This document shows positions 1-9,570 of a stretch of DNA of 64,000 bases, in pieces (the first letter of the stretch is position 1; every line of letters begins with the position of its first letter). The translations under genes were made by a program, and so were the position numbers. The stretch lies in contig OY761556.1 in NCBI GenBank assembly GCA_963664705.1, positions 1,024,001-1,088,000 on the forward strand. Direction: 5' to 3'. The notes under the pieces are model-generated. The model worked only from the letters and a program-made list of their open reading frames with translations. It was not told the DNA's origin and ran no database searches. Source of the stretch: Acidobacteriota bacterium (GTDB taxonomy: Bacteria > Acidobacteriota > UBA6911).

Positions 1-1686
1 TTGTCCGTCGATCTTGTGGGGGCTCTTCTTTTCACCGGTGATGGCGCCCGTGCCACAAGACGCGATGCAGAGACCGCATCCGGTACACAAATCGCTCTTG
101 ATGGAAAATTCGACCAGCGGCAAACAGGAATGAGCAGGGCATTTCCTGTCTTTGATGTGGGCGTTGTATTCGTCCAGGAAATAGCGGAGCGTTGTCAGAA
201 CCGGATTCGGCGCGCTCTGCCCCAGACCGCAGAGAGAGCTCGATTTTATCTGCTCGCCAAGTTCGGACAGCAGGGCGATATCTTCTTCTTTCCCTTTTCC
301 CGCGCAGATGCGTTCGAGGATTTCGAGCATGCGCTTTGTGCCTATGCGGCAGAAGGTGCATTTTCCGCAGGACTCATTCTGCGTAAAGGACAGGAAGAAA
401 CGCGCTACGTCCACCATGCAGGTTGTCTCATCCATGACAACCATGCCGCCGGACCCCATGATGGCACCGGTAGCGGTAATCTGTTCGTAATCGACCGGCG
501 TGTTTCCCAGGGATGCCGGGATGCATCCGCCCGACGGACCGCCCATCTGGACCGCTTTAAACTGGCCGCCCGAAAGCGTGCCGCCGCCGATGTCGTAGAT
601 GACTTCATTCAGTGTCATTCCCATCGGCACTTCAACAAGCCCGCCTTTTTTGATCTTGCCGGCAAGGGCAAAAACTTTGGTCCCTTTGGATCCCGCGGTT
701 CCCAGCCCATTGAAAGCCTCGGCGCCGTTCAGGAGAATCCACGACACATTGGCCAGGGTTTCCACATTATTAATGCAGGTGGGGTGTCCCCAAAGACCAG
801 CTTCGACAGGGAACGGAGGCCTCACTTTCGGCATTCCGCGCTTGCCCTCGATGGATGCGATCAGCGCAGTTTCCTCACCGCACACAAAGGCTCCGGCCCC
901 TTCCTTCAGATTCAGATGGAAATGGAAGTCCTTGCCGAGGATATTGCTGCCGAGAAAGCCCCTTGCCGTTGCCTGTGAAATCGCATGACGCAGCCGTTTG
1001 ACGGCCTCCGGGTACTCGGCCCGGACATAGATGTAGCCGGCATCGGCTCCGATCGCATAGGCCGCGATAGCCATGCCTTCAAGGACCGAGAACGGATCGC
1101 TTTCCAGAACGCTCCGATCCATAAAGGCCCCCGGGTCGCCTTCATCCGCATTGCAAATCACATATTTGTGCGCGTCCTGCGCAGCGGCGGCGAGGCGCCA
1201 TTTGGTTCCGGTCGGGAATCCTGCTCCTCCTCGGCCGCGCAGACCGGAATCGGCGATCGTTTTGACTACCTCGGACGGTTTCATTTGCGTCAGGGCTTTT
1301 TCGAGTCCCTGATAGCCTTGTCGCGCCAGGTATTCGTCGAGGCTGTCCGGGTCGATAATCCCACAGTTTCTCAGTACAATCCGTTTCTGTCGTGAACTGG
1401 ATGCATTCGCATCCGCCATCCACTCGGCTATCGGCTGACCGTTTCTGAGGTGGCTTTCAATGATCCGGTCGACTTTTTCCGGAGAAACATTGCCATAGAG
1501 GGTGGTGCCAGTGGCGTCATCTCGGACTTCAACCAACACCTCCGCATAGCACATGCCGATGCAGCCGGTCTTTTTCAGTTCGATGCTGCCGCTGTCAGAT
1601 TTGAGGAGTTCCGCAAAGCGCTGGTAGACCTTGAGACCACCGGCGGCCAGACCGCATGAGCCCAGACCGACTAAAACTTCCTGCAT
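1..1686 (-). CDS. NuoF/HydB-like NADH-binding flavin Fe-S subunit, running off the window start
   Basis: Absent from the ORF track because it has no stop in the window. ATG at 1686 follows GGAGG and reads MQEVLVGLGSCGLAAGG...TGCIGMCYAE (thioredoxin-like 2Fe-2S domain). Near position 1 it reads CTGCGLCIASC (4Fe-4S). It lies downstream of a nuoE-like gene. I did not check every codon for frame continuity. Confidence 0.88.
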   Translation of the reverse strand, partial: MQEVLVGLGSCGLAAGGLKVYQRFAELLKSDSGSIELKKTGCIGMCYAEVLVEVRDDATGTTLYGNVSPEKVDRIIESHLRNGQPIAEWMADANASSSRQKRIVLRNCGIIDPDSLDEYLARQGYQGLEKALTQMKPSEVVKTIADSGLRGRGGAGFPTGTKWRLAAAAQDAHKYVICNADEGDPGAFMDRSVLESDPFSVLEGMAIAAYAIGADAGYIYVRAEYPEAVKRLRHAISQATARGFLGSNILGKDFHFHLNLKEGAGAFVCGEETALIASIEGKRGMPKVRPPFPVEAGLWGHPTCINNVETLANVSWILLNGAEAFNGLGTAGSKGTKVFALAGKIKKGGLVEVPMGMTLNEVIYDIGGGTLSGGQFKAVQMGGPSGGCIPASLGNTPVDYEQITATGAIMGSGGMVVMDETTCMVDVARFFLSFTQNESCGKCTFCRIGTKRMLEILERICAGKGKEEDIALLSELGEQIKSSSLCGLGQSAPNPVLTTLRYFLDEYNAHIKDRKCPAHSCLPLVEFSIKSDLCTGCGLCIASCGTGAITGEKKSPHKIDGQ

Positions 1687-1794
1687 AAAACCTCCGAATT
1701 GTTCCCGGTTGTAAGCCGGGTATCATCGCCGATGATTTGCGCGAGACATCGGCACACTCCGGGCATCGCCGCCCGTCCTGTGAAGGACGGGTTG

Positions 1795-2307
1795 CTAAGC
1801 CTTTGCAGCCGGTGTTTTTTCCGCTTCGCGCCGATATTGCTTGATTACTCTGCGAACCTTCTGAGGAGTAAGCCGTCCATAGGTCTGATCGTCAACCATC
1901 ATTGCCGGCGCCAGGCTGCAACAGCCCAGACACGCAACGACCATGTAGGTGAACAACCCATCCTTCGTGGTCTCGTCGGCTGTCGCGCCGAGTTCGTCGG
2001 CAATAACGTTTCCGATCATCTCCGCCCCGACCACATGGCACGCGGTCCCTTTGCAGAGACGGATAATGTGCCGGCCGAGGGGCTTCAGACGAAACTGCTT
2101 GTAAAAGGTGATAACTCCGTAGATCTCTGCGGTGGGAATCCCTGTAACATCCGCAATCTGCTCGATGGCGGTCGCAGGAACAAAACCGTAGCTGTCCTGC
2201 GCAGCTTGCAAGAGCGGGATGAGCATCCCCGGCTCACCCCGATGCCTCCACAGCATTCTTTCGAATGCGGCCGGGGCAACCCGGCCGCTCTGGCTTTCCT
2301 GAATCAT
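1795..2307 (-). CDS. NuoE/HydC-like 2Fe-2S subunit
   Basis: LIPLLQAAQ, GVITFY, CKGTACH and CLGCCSLAP motifs. Confidence 0.93.
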   Translation of the reverse strand: MIQESQSGRVAPAAFERMLWRHRGEPGMLIPLLQAAQDSYGFVPATAIEQIADVTGIPTAEIYGVITFYKQFRLKPLGRHIIRLCKGTACHVVGAEMIGNVIADELGATADETTKDGLFTYMVVACLGCCSLAPAMMVDDQTYGRLTPQKVRRVIKQYRREAEKTPAAKA

Positions 2308-2328
2308 GATCTTCCTGCCCCATCACTA

Positions 2329-3330
2329 CTACTTGGATGAGAAGTTCAAACAATTTAGCTGCTTAATACGCAGCACTCCCGGCATTATTCTGATCTCGTT
2401 GCGGATTGTATTCTGGATTTCCTGAGTCGAAATTCCCTGGAGCAAAAGTATTATCTGTTTGCCGCCATCTGCAACATCGCAGTGTACCACATGTTCAGTA
2501 AAATAAAGCTTCATATATAAACTTGAGAGACTGCCGGGGTCGATATCCAGGATCGCATAGGAGGTCGACTTGCGGATATTCCTCATATCCACGGCGTTGC
2601 CGTCCGCCTTGTCCATGGCCCGCGCTTTTTCGTAAACCTGGATAAAGTCCTCCAACTCCTTGGAAATAGAAGGCTTTTCGCAATAGTGGATCTCAAATGT
2701 CTCCACGTCCTTCAGCGATTCTACCTGGGATTGCACGGTCTTCATCAAGGTTTTTCTGTCCTGACCCTGCACCAGCAGGACTATATCCCATTCGCCCAGA
2801 ACCGCATCGCAATAACAAACGCCGTCGCCAAGGTAAAGTTTCGAGTACATGGCCGGGAGATCCGCATCCTTGGTGCCCCGGAGGAAAACCATGGCACTGG
2901 TGAGAACCTGCGGTTGTACGGCTACGCTGGGCCCCGACTTATCTTCCGCTTTCGGCAGGATGTTCTTGATCTGCGTGACAAGATCATCAATCTCAAAGGG
3001 CTTGTCAAGGTAAACGCTTCCCCCATGGCTCTGGACGGTGCTGACAATATCCTCATTGCCAAAGCCCGTAATGACAACGACCGGCATATCGGCATAAATC
3101 GCTTTGATCACAGAGAGAATCTTCAGGCCGTCGACATCAGGCAGGCGGACGTCCAGCACTACACAACCAAACGGATTTTGCTTTGATTCCGCCGCTTTGA
3201 TCTTCGAAAGCGCCGAGAATCCTTCTTCACATTCATCTACTTCATATCCGTGTTGTGCAAGACCAACCATAACCTGCCGGCGCAACGGGGCCTCATCATC
3301 TACGATCAAAACTCTTGGTTGCATTGTCAT
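2329..3330 (-). CDS. Response regulator receiver domain fused to Lrp/AsnC-like ligand-binding domains
   Basis: VLIVDDE, LDVRLPDVDG, ITG and KPF receiver motifs. The C-terminal part has two similar repeats (LYLGDGVCYCDAVLGEWDIVL and LYFTEHVVHCDVADGGKQIIL). Confidence 0.75.
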   Translation of the reverse strand: MTMQPRVLIVDDEAPLRRQVMVGLAQHGYEVDECEEGFSALSKIKAAESKQNPFGCVVLDVRLPDVDGLKILSVIKAIYADMPVVVITGFGNEDIVSTVQSHGGSVYLDKPFEIDDLVTQIKNILPKAEDKSGPSVAVQPQVLTSAMVFLRGTKDADLPAMYSKLYLGDGVCYCDAVLGEWDIVLLVQGQDRKTLMKTVQSQVESLKDVETFEIHYCEKPSISKELEDFIQVYEKARAMDKADGNAVDMRNIRKSTSYAILDIDPGSLSSLYMKLYFTEHVVHCDVADGGKQIILLLQGISTQEIQNTIRNEIRIMPGVLRIKQLNCLNFSSK

Positions 3331-3396
3331 CGCTTTCTCCTTTTGGGGCCGGGTGCATATCCGGCTATAAAGTAAAAATGTTTACACTGCCCTTAT

Positions 3397-3412
3397 TGCA
3401 AGTTGTGTGCCA
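3397..3412 (-). promoter_or_regulatory. sigma54 (-24/-12) promoter
   Basis: The minus strand reads TGGCACACAACTTGCA, with GG-N10-GC spacing, about 70 nt upstream of the 3330 start. Confidence 0.8.
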
Positions 3413-3583
3413 AAGGGATGGATTCCGTAAAGTGTAGAAAATAAACGAATAAATAAAAATCGAATCGGTGGGGGAAAGAGAGTGCAATCGTAAGGTTTTT
3501 TAACACTTCTGGCGTAAAACGCTGACAAGGCAGTGGTTAAGTCAGGTGTTAAATTTTTTAGCAGTGAACGCTTCCAGATCGCA

Positions 3584-3961
3584 TCAGGCTTCCTGGGATT
3601 CCTGACTCGATCTGAATTCCGGAAGCCACTGCCCCTCTAATCCATTGGCAGCGGCTACCGCCTGAAGCCACGAAAATTCCTTGGGATGAAACTCCCCGTC
3701 GGCCAGGGCAAGTCGAAACGCATCCTTGAGAAAGGATCTTGCTGTTTCCTGATCGGAAAACTTTATGGGTTCGGCCTTGATGTGCGGATTCTTCATCAGG
3801 TCGTCGATGGCGCTTTCGCAAAATCGTTGATCGAAGTCGAGATGCTTCCCATATTGAAGCATCAGCTCCCGTTCGTGTTCACTGATTATCTGATCTTTTC
3901 GGATCAAGACCAGCAACCCCCTGTAGTACGGACCTCGGTCGACAAGCTTTATGGACATCAC
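3584..3961 (-). CDS. TerB-like hypothetical protein
   Basis: D-x-x-ISEHE and LALADGEFHPKE motifs resemble the TerB fold. Confidence 0.6.
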   Translation of the reverse strand: MMSIKLVDRGPYYRGLLVLIRKDQIISEHERELMLQYGKHLDFDQRFCESAIDDLMKNPHIKAEPIKFSDQETARSFLKDAFRLALADGEFHPKEFSWLQAVAAANGLEGQWLPEFRSSQESQEA

Positions 3962-4206
3962 TGATCACCTTTAATTGCTGGCAGGCAGCACGCAACCAAT
4001 CCGGGCTGTCTGACGCCTACTAATAGTCGCCCATCGTTGTGCGATATGCCAGAGCGAATCCGAGTGCATTACTCGGCGTTGCCTGCCAATGGACCCTCAT
4101 GGACTTCAATATGCCGTCCAGAGATCTGCTATATTATTCCGCGGCCAGTCTTTCGATCCGGCGATGGCGGAGGGTTGATGGGAAATTTAAAACGTTGGGA
4201 GTTGCG

Positions 4207-5010
4207 GTGATTATCGACGCGCACACACACATCTATCCGGATACCGTTGCCGAACGGGCGCTGAGCCGGGTTGTCTCCAATATGAACGGGCGACTGGATA
4301 CCTTTACGGATGGGACAATGAACGGCCTTCTTTCCTCGATGGATCATGCCGGGATTGCCACATCCATCGTTCTGACGGTCGCGACCGGTCCGGGACAGGG
4401 CAATGGCATCTTTGAGTGGATTCAACAGGTGGATTCGGTTTCGCAACGGCTGATTTTTTTCGGGTCGGTTCATCCGGAAGATGCCAATTATCGTGATCTG
4501 ATCCGCGATATGAAAGCGTATGGTCTGCGCGGCCTCAAGTTCCATCCCGGTTATCAGGAATTTCCCGTAGACTCCAGAGCCGCCTATGCCGTTTATGAAG
4601 CGGCGGCGAAGCATGACCTCATCATGTATTTCCACTCGGGTTTTGATCCCAGCCTGCCTGAATGCGAATACAGTTCCATCGACCGATTCGCCTCTTTCCT
4701 GCGGGATTTCAGCGGCTGTCGCATCGTGTTGGCTCACGGCGGCGGAATGGGCGAATGGGATAAAGTGCTTGACCTCATGGGGGAACGGCAGTGTTTTTTC
4801 GACATCGCTTTTGTGCTGGAAGAAATGAAAAAGAGTGAGCATGGGAAAGCGCTGTTCAGGCAGAATGAGGACTATTTTATCTTTGGATCCGACAGTCCCT
4901 GGCGCGATCAAAAACGCTATGTCGATCTGATACGGGATTCGGACACCCTGACACCCGCCCAGAAAGAAAAGCTTTTTCACGGAAATGTACAAAGACTGCT
5001 AAATATCTAA
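4207..5010 (+). CDS. Amidohydrolase-family metal-dependent hydrolase
   Basis: IIDAHTH, GLKFHP, VLAHGGG and FGSDSPW motifs. GTG start chosen just before the HxH motif. Confidence 0.85.
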   Translation: MIIDAHTHIYPDTVAERALSRVVSNMNGRLDTFTDGTMNGLLSSMDHAGIATSIVLTVATGPGQGNGIFEWIQQVDSVSQRLIFFGSVHPEDANYRDLIRDMKAYGLRGLKFHPGYQEFPVDSRAAYAVYEAAAKHDLIMYFHSGFDPSLPECEYSSIDRFASFLRDFSGCRIVLAHGGGMGEWDKVLDLMGERQCFFDIAFVLEEMKKSEHGKALFRQNEDYFIFGSDSPWRDQKRYVDLIRDSDTLTPAQKEKLFHGNVQRLLNI

Positions 5011-5034
5011 AATAGATAATTCGCGGCAGGCCTT

Positions 5035-5472
5035 TTAGCTTTTTGCTTCGGATTCCGCGACCTGTTTCGTGATTTCCACGATTCCCGCATCTCCATCCAC
5101 GCGGACCCAATCACCGGTTTCAATGACCCTTGTCGGATCTCTGTCCAGGTCTGTAACGGCCGGAACTCTCGTCACGACCGCGCCCAGGGCAATTTTCGTT
5201 GTGGTTTCGCAGAAAACCATGGCGCCGGGTGCGACGCCATTCAGCCGGGCTTCATGGAAGAATGCAGACCAGCCGGAAGAACCCTTGGCTCCCTTGAAGA
5301 CAAGGATTTTGCCGGCGATGCACTGCCCGGCCAATTCGTGGCGCAGATCGACGATGGTACCGGTCATGGGATCGATGCCGCCCCATCCTGAAATGGTTTC
5401 CTGCGTTACCAGCGCTTCGCCCTCAGCGCATCCTCCGAACACCTGTCTTCCTTTGAGAGTAATTTTTTTCAT
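5035..5472 (-). CDS. Aconitase X small (swivel, DUF126) subunit
   Basis: GEALVT..ISGWGGIDP..G and GAKGSS motifs. The start overlaps the upstream stop (ATGA). Confidence 0.88.
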   Translation of the reverse strand: MKKITLKGRQVFGGCAEGEALVTQETISGWGGIDPMTGTIVDLRHELAGQCIAGKILVFKGAKGSSGWSAFFHEARLNGVAPGAMVFCETTTKIALGAVVTRVPAVTDLDRDPTRVIETGDWVRVDGDAGIVEITKQVAESEAKS

Positions 5473-6740
5473 TCCAAGCTCCCATCCCATCTTCCTGTCA
5501 GTGCTGCATGCACGCACTCTTCGGTCGAGCCGAACCATGCTTCGATTCCCGTCATGTTCGGGAGATAATGCGCCTGCTTGGCGGAATCTGTGGCCATGAC
5601 CCGCGCGCCTTTGGGCGTAAATCGTCCAAGGGCAGGGCAGGAATCCCGCATCAGGACTGCGCCGGCATCTTCAATCGTTTTCCGGAAACCGTTGCGTTCC
5701 GCCACATCCTTGAGTGCCTGGGGAACAAATACCCAGAAGGAGACTCCCTTTTTGATGTGCTTTCCTTCAAGCATGCGGCAAAGATCCCACAGTTGATCCA
5801 TCGAATAATGAGGACAGCCCAGCATGACGAAATCAACGTCCGTTTTCCTGCCGATGGAGTTCAGCAATTCGTAGGCGTGAAGCTTTTCTTCCGCCCCGAA
5901 TGTCAGAATTTCGTGCGGTGGCCTGTCCTGGAAAGCCTCCTCAACAGTAGAAGCCTCTGCCGTAAGGCCGGGAATATGAAACATTTCGGTCCCACCCGAC
6001 GAAGCTGCGGCTGCGCCAAAGTGCTTGAGCATGTCCCGGCTGGCTTTAGGATCTTTGATATAGATTACGGGCACTTTGTCCTGAACCTGCCTGCCAACGA
6101 AGTACCCGAGCAATCCCCAATCCACCATGGTCCGGATATCTCCCTCCACCTCGATCAGATGAGTCCCCAGGCGGTGTTCGGGGACGTGATAGCCCCAGTA
6201 GGGGATCTTGCCGGTGAGCATGGCGCATGTAGCGCTTTCCCGCCCTTCGCAATTGGTTCGGGCTCCGAGGACACCGTTGATATAGGCAACGGCGGAGGAT
6301 TCCATCCACACGCAATGCTCTCCCTTAACCGGCACATTTCCGACCAGGTACGGTGCGCAGGTGCAGAGTACCTGTATGCCCATTGCAGCGAGGTAGCGGA
6401 TGTTTTCCAGGTATAAGTCCCGTTCCTCCTCCGTATGGCCGGTCAAGTCAAAGTGATCCGGATCCATGGATGTTTCAAACTGGCACGAAGGGACCTTCAC
6501 CTTGGGGAACTTAACCGGCGTGTCGCTGTCGAGGCACCATTCGGAAAAAACGGCATCCAGGCTTCCAAAGCGTTTGAAGGATCTCAGATCCGTGATCATA
6601 TACCCGCCGACGTTGTTGGTGTCGACGAATGTCTCGGCTCCCAGGGCATCTCCGTATCGAACCAGCAGTTCCATGGCTTTTTGAACCGCCGTCCCGCTTT
6701 TCCCATCCAGCATGGCCTTTTCGTCATCTTTCAAAAGCAT
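5469..6740 (-). CDS. Aconitase X large catalytic (DUF521) subunit
   Basis: TCAPY, WMESSAV..N.VLGARTN, GCPHYS, DSCP and ATDSAKQAHY motifs. Confidence 0.9.
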   Translation of the reverse strand: MLLKDDEKAMLDGKSGTAVQKAMELLVRYGDALGAETFVDTNNVGGYMITDLRSFKRFGSLDAVFSEWCLDSDTPVKFPKVKVPSCQFETSMDPDHFDLTGHTEEERDLYLENIRYLAAMGIQVLCTCAPYLVGNVPVKGEHCVWMESSAVAYINGVLGARTNCEGRESATCAMLTGKIPYWGYHVPEHRLGTHLIEVEGDIRTMVDWGLLGYFVGRQVQDKVPVIYIKDPKASRDMLKHFGAAAASSGGTEMFHIPGLTAEASTVEEAFQDRPPHEILTFGAEEKLHAYELLNSIGRKTDVDFVMLGCPHYSMDQLWDLCRMLEGKHIKKGVSFWVFVPQALKDVAERNGFRKTIEDAGAVLMRDSCPALGRFTPKGARVMATDSAKQAHYLPNMTGIEAWFGSTEECVHAALTGRWDGSLE

Positions 6741-6773
6741 TTTTTGCTCCTTAACAACGTCCGTATGACGTTA

Positions 6774-8072
6774 TCAGTCTGTTCGGTCCAGATTGTCGCG
6801 GAGAATCTCCTGCAGTTTCCGCACATCGATGGAATGGACGCTTCCTTCACCGGCCAGAACAAGCGAGTGGGCTGCGGCAGACCCTGTAGCCATGCAGGGG
6901 CCCATGACCCGGACACTTGAAAGAGCAGCGACATCGGCATCGATGCAGCGGCCGCACGTTGCGTAGTTATCTGCTTCAGGAGAAAGCAACGCGGCCAGGG
7001 GGATGTAATGGACATGATTGTCATCAAACACCTCCCAGACATATCCGTCTCCGTGATCGTGCAGCTCCACCGGCCAGGCGGTGCGGGCCACGGCATCTGC
7101 AAAGCGGGTGCCGGAACGCACATCCTCCAGGCCGAGCTGACGGACGCCCGAGATCCACCGCGTCTGGCGTATCCCGGTTTGGGCGTAAACCCGCACGGAA
7201 GCAGCGCGGAAGTTTGCCGGGTATTCACTTTTCAGGAACTCCAAGACACGATCGACCTGATCTTTTCCCGTAATCGAGATTCTGGAGGCGAGAAGCGGAT
7301 CCAGGGGCGTATCGACATGTGTCATGTTTCCATAGGCAACGCCGCCGGGTCGCTGGGGCGTGTAAAAAAGGAGCCCTTTTTTCCTGCTCAGTCCGTAGGC
7401 AGTTGCCCGCTCTGTCATTCGCTGCATCAGCGCCTGCTCGGTGGGCACCGGCGTCGAATAATCGATGTTTTCCAGCAGGAACATAATTGAGCCGTAAATG
7501 GCCCCTTCTTCGGGCATGTTGCAGGTCAGCCCGGCAAGCCAGGCAACCACGGCATCGCCGCTCGCATCCACGTAGCCATCAGCCCGAATAATGACCTCGC
7601 CGTACCGCGTTACCGCCTCCAGCGACAAGATGCGGCGCCCCTCCCGATGCACTTTGCGTACGGTTGCGCCGAGAAGTACCTGGACTCCTGCCTCCAATAC
7701 TTTTTTTTCCGCCCAGCGCAGGAAGAGTGTTTCGTTATAGTAGGGGACAAGGAATGGATTCGCCGGGTTATCGAAAAGCCCGCCGGCATTTCGCAGATCC
7801 TGAAAAAGCTCGTCCGCAATCCGGTGAGTGACCTGGAATCCCCCGGTCCCGTTGGTGAAGAAACCGCAGAATGTCCCGATGCAGCTGCTGAATGTCTGGC
7901 CGCCCAGTTGCGGTTGACTATCCAGGAGAATAACTTTCCGTCCCGCGCGGGCTGCCTCGATGGCCGCGGTAATTCCCGCGATACCCGCTCCAACGACGCA
8001 AATATCCGTCTGAATTTTCCATCCTTTTTCGGAGCCATCGTTTCGGATTTGTTTTGTTCGGGTAGCGTTCAT
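6774..8072 (-). CDS. FAD-dependent oxidoreductase
   Basis: DICVVGAGIAG, VDASGDA, GRCIDAD and RVMGPCMATGSAA motifs. Confidence 0.88.
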   Translation of the reverse strand: MNATRTKQIRNDGSEKGWKIQTDICVVGAGIAGITAAIEAARAGRKVILLDSQPQLGGQTFSSCIGTFCGFFTNGTGGFQVTHRIADELFQDLRNAGGLFDNPANPFLVPYYNETLFLRWAEKKVLEAGVQVLLGATVRKVHREGRRILSLEAVTRYGEVIIRADGYVDASGDAVVAWLAGLTCNMPEEGAIYGSIMFLLENIDYSTPVPTEQALMQRMTERATAYGLSRKKGLLFYTPQRPGGVAYGNMTHVDTPLDPLLASRISITGKDQVDRVLEFLKSEYPANFRAASVRVYAQTGIRQTRWISGVRQLGLEDVRSGTRFADAVARTAWPVELHDHGDGYVWEVFDDNHVHYIPLAALLSPEADNYATCGRCIDADVAALSSVRVMGPCMATGSAAAHSLVLAGEGSVHSIDVRKLQEILRDNLDRTD

Positions 8073-9446
8073 TCAGCGAATCCCTCCTCTCTCTTCGCTG
8101 CTGAGTGCGCCGGCATAGAGCGGCATGAAGTATGTGTCATATTGAAAACCCAAAATGAAACAAAGGACCGCACACACAACAAACGGCAGGGAAGCGAGAT
8201 AGAAAAGCTTCGTCATCTCGATGCCGGTGGAGATCAGAAAGCCTCCGATGACAGGTCCGATAATGGAGCCTGTTCTCGCAACCGCATTGGCAATGCCGGA
8301 ACCCTGCGCCCTGATCTTGTATGGGTACAGGACCGGAACCAGCGCCGTTAAAATAGAATGTCCGCCATTCATGAAAAAGTTATTAATGCAAAGCCACACC
8401 AGAAGCATACTCCCCGTTGCTCCTCCGATCAGTGCCGTAAATCCGATCGTCAAAAGCGGCCAGAAGAATCCCCAGCGAAAACCGGTCCGGTCCAGCCACA
8501 GTCCGATCAGTATGGTCCCGGCTATGCCGAATAATCCGCTGGTCCCAACCATGGAAGAAGCTTCCGAAGCGGTCAGCCCTTTGAGTACGAGCAGTTGAGG
8601 CGACCAATTGACGATGAAGAAAAGCGCGAGAGAACTCGTTAAGTAAAACAGCCAAAGCAGGGGAGTGCACCATGAAAGTCTGCCCGCGAACAATTCCCGG
8701 ATGGATTGCTTTTCCTGCCGGGATGCCGCGGCTGCAATCAAATCGGTGTCCTCATCCACCGTAATCCGGGGATCCACCTGGCGGATAATCCGGATGAGCG
8801 AACGCCGCTCTGCCTGGGTTGTGCCATTCAGGGCCAGCCATCGCGCCGATTCCGGCAGGACGATGACCAGCAGGGCAATGATCGGAAGCGGTACAAAGAA
8901 GCCAATCAGGAATAAGGGCCGCCAGCCATGCATCGGCATGACTGCGGCGGCAACGTAGGATCCGAGGGTCATGCCAACCACAAAGCCTGAGAACATGATC
9001 GTGATGGATTTTGCCCGCGAGGCTCCCGGAGAGTATTCGCTGGTCAGGACCATTGCGACCGGGACGGCTCCGCCAACTCCTACGCCAATCAGGAAACGGA
9101 TGATCAGCAGGTGTGTCAGGGTACTCGAAAAATAGACCAATGCCGTCAAAATGGTAAAAATGGCTGCCCCGGCAATCAGCGTCTTCTTGCGGCCAAATTT
9201 ATCGGAGATAGCGCCAAATAGAATGGCGCCGATCATCCACCCGAAAGTGGCTACCGAAAAGACCGGCCCAAACATGGCTGTGCTGATCCGCCATTCTTTC
9301 ATGATCAGCGGAGCCGCGTTTGACATTATGCCGTAATCAAAGCCGTCCATGAGCATCACGCAAAAGCAGAGCATGATGACCCGGAGCGAAATTCCTCCGA
9401 GTTTTGAATTGTCGAGCAGGATCCCGATATTAATTTCTTTTCGAAT
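8073..9446 (-). CDS. MFS transporter, aromatic acid:H+ symporter (PcaK-like)
   Basis: DGFD motif, GAISDKFGRK loop motif and about 12 hydrophobic segments. The start is uncertain: ATG at 9374 or ATT at 9446 (see findings). Confidence 0.85.
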   Translation of the reverse strand: MRKEINIGILLDNSKLGGISLRVIMLCFCVMLMDGFDYGIMSNAAPLIMKEWRISTAMFGPVFSVATFGWMIGAILFGAISDKFGRKKTLIAGAAIFTILTALVYFSSTLTHLLIIRFLIGVGVGGAVPVAMVLTSEYSPGASRAKSITIMFSGFVVGMTLGSYVAAAVMPMHGWRPLFLIGFFVPLPIIALLVIVLPESARWLALNGTTQAERRSLIRIIRQVDPRITVDEDTDLIAAAASRQEKQSIRELFAGRLSWCTPLLWLFYLTSSLALFFIVNWSPQLLVLKGLTASEASSMVGTSGLFGIAGTILIGLWLDRTGFRWGFFWPLLTIGFTALIGGATGSMLLVWLCINNFFMNGGHSILTALVPVLYPYKIRAQGSGIANAVARTGSIIGPVIGGFLISTGIEMTKLFYLASLPFVVCAVLCFILGFQYDTYFMPLYAGALSSEERGGIR

Positions 9447-9570
9447 AACCGCCTCCGCTAAATGTGCAACAGAACGAAGGGACTCGTTCTCCGGCTATTC
9501 TAAAACAGACAGTCTATGCCCGGATCGCAAATTTGAGGAAAGGTGTTTGGGCAACAGATCAAAATGCAGC

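Noticed and set aside
1-1659. Plus-strand ORFs 1-978, 985-1395 and 1450-1659
   Set aside because: They are antisense shadows of the nuoF/hydB-like gene on the minus strand.
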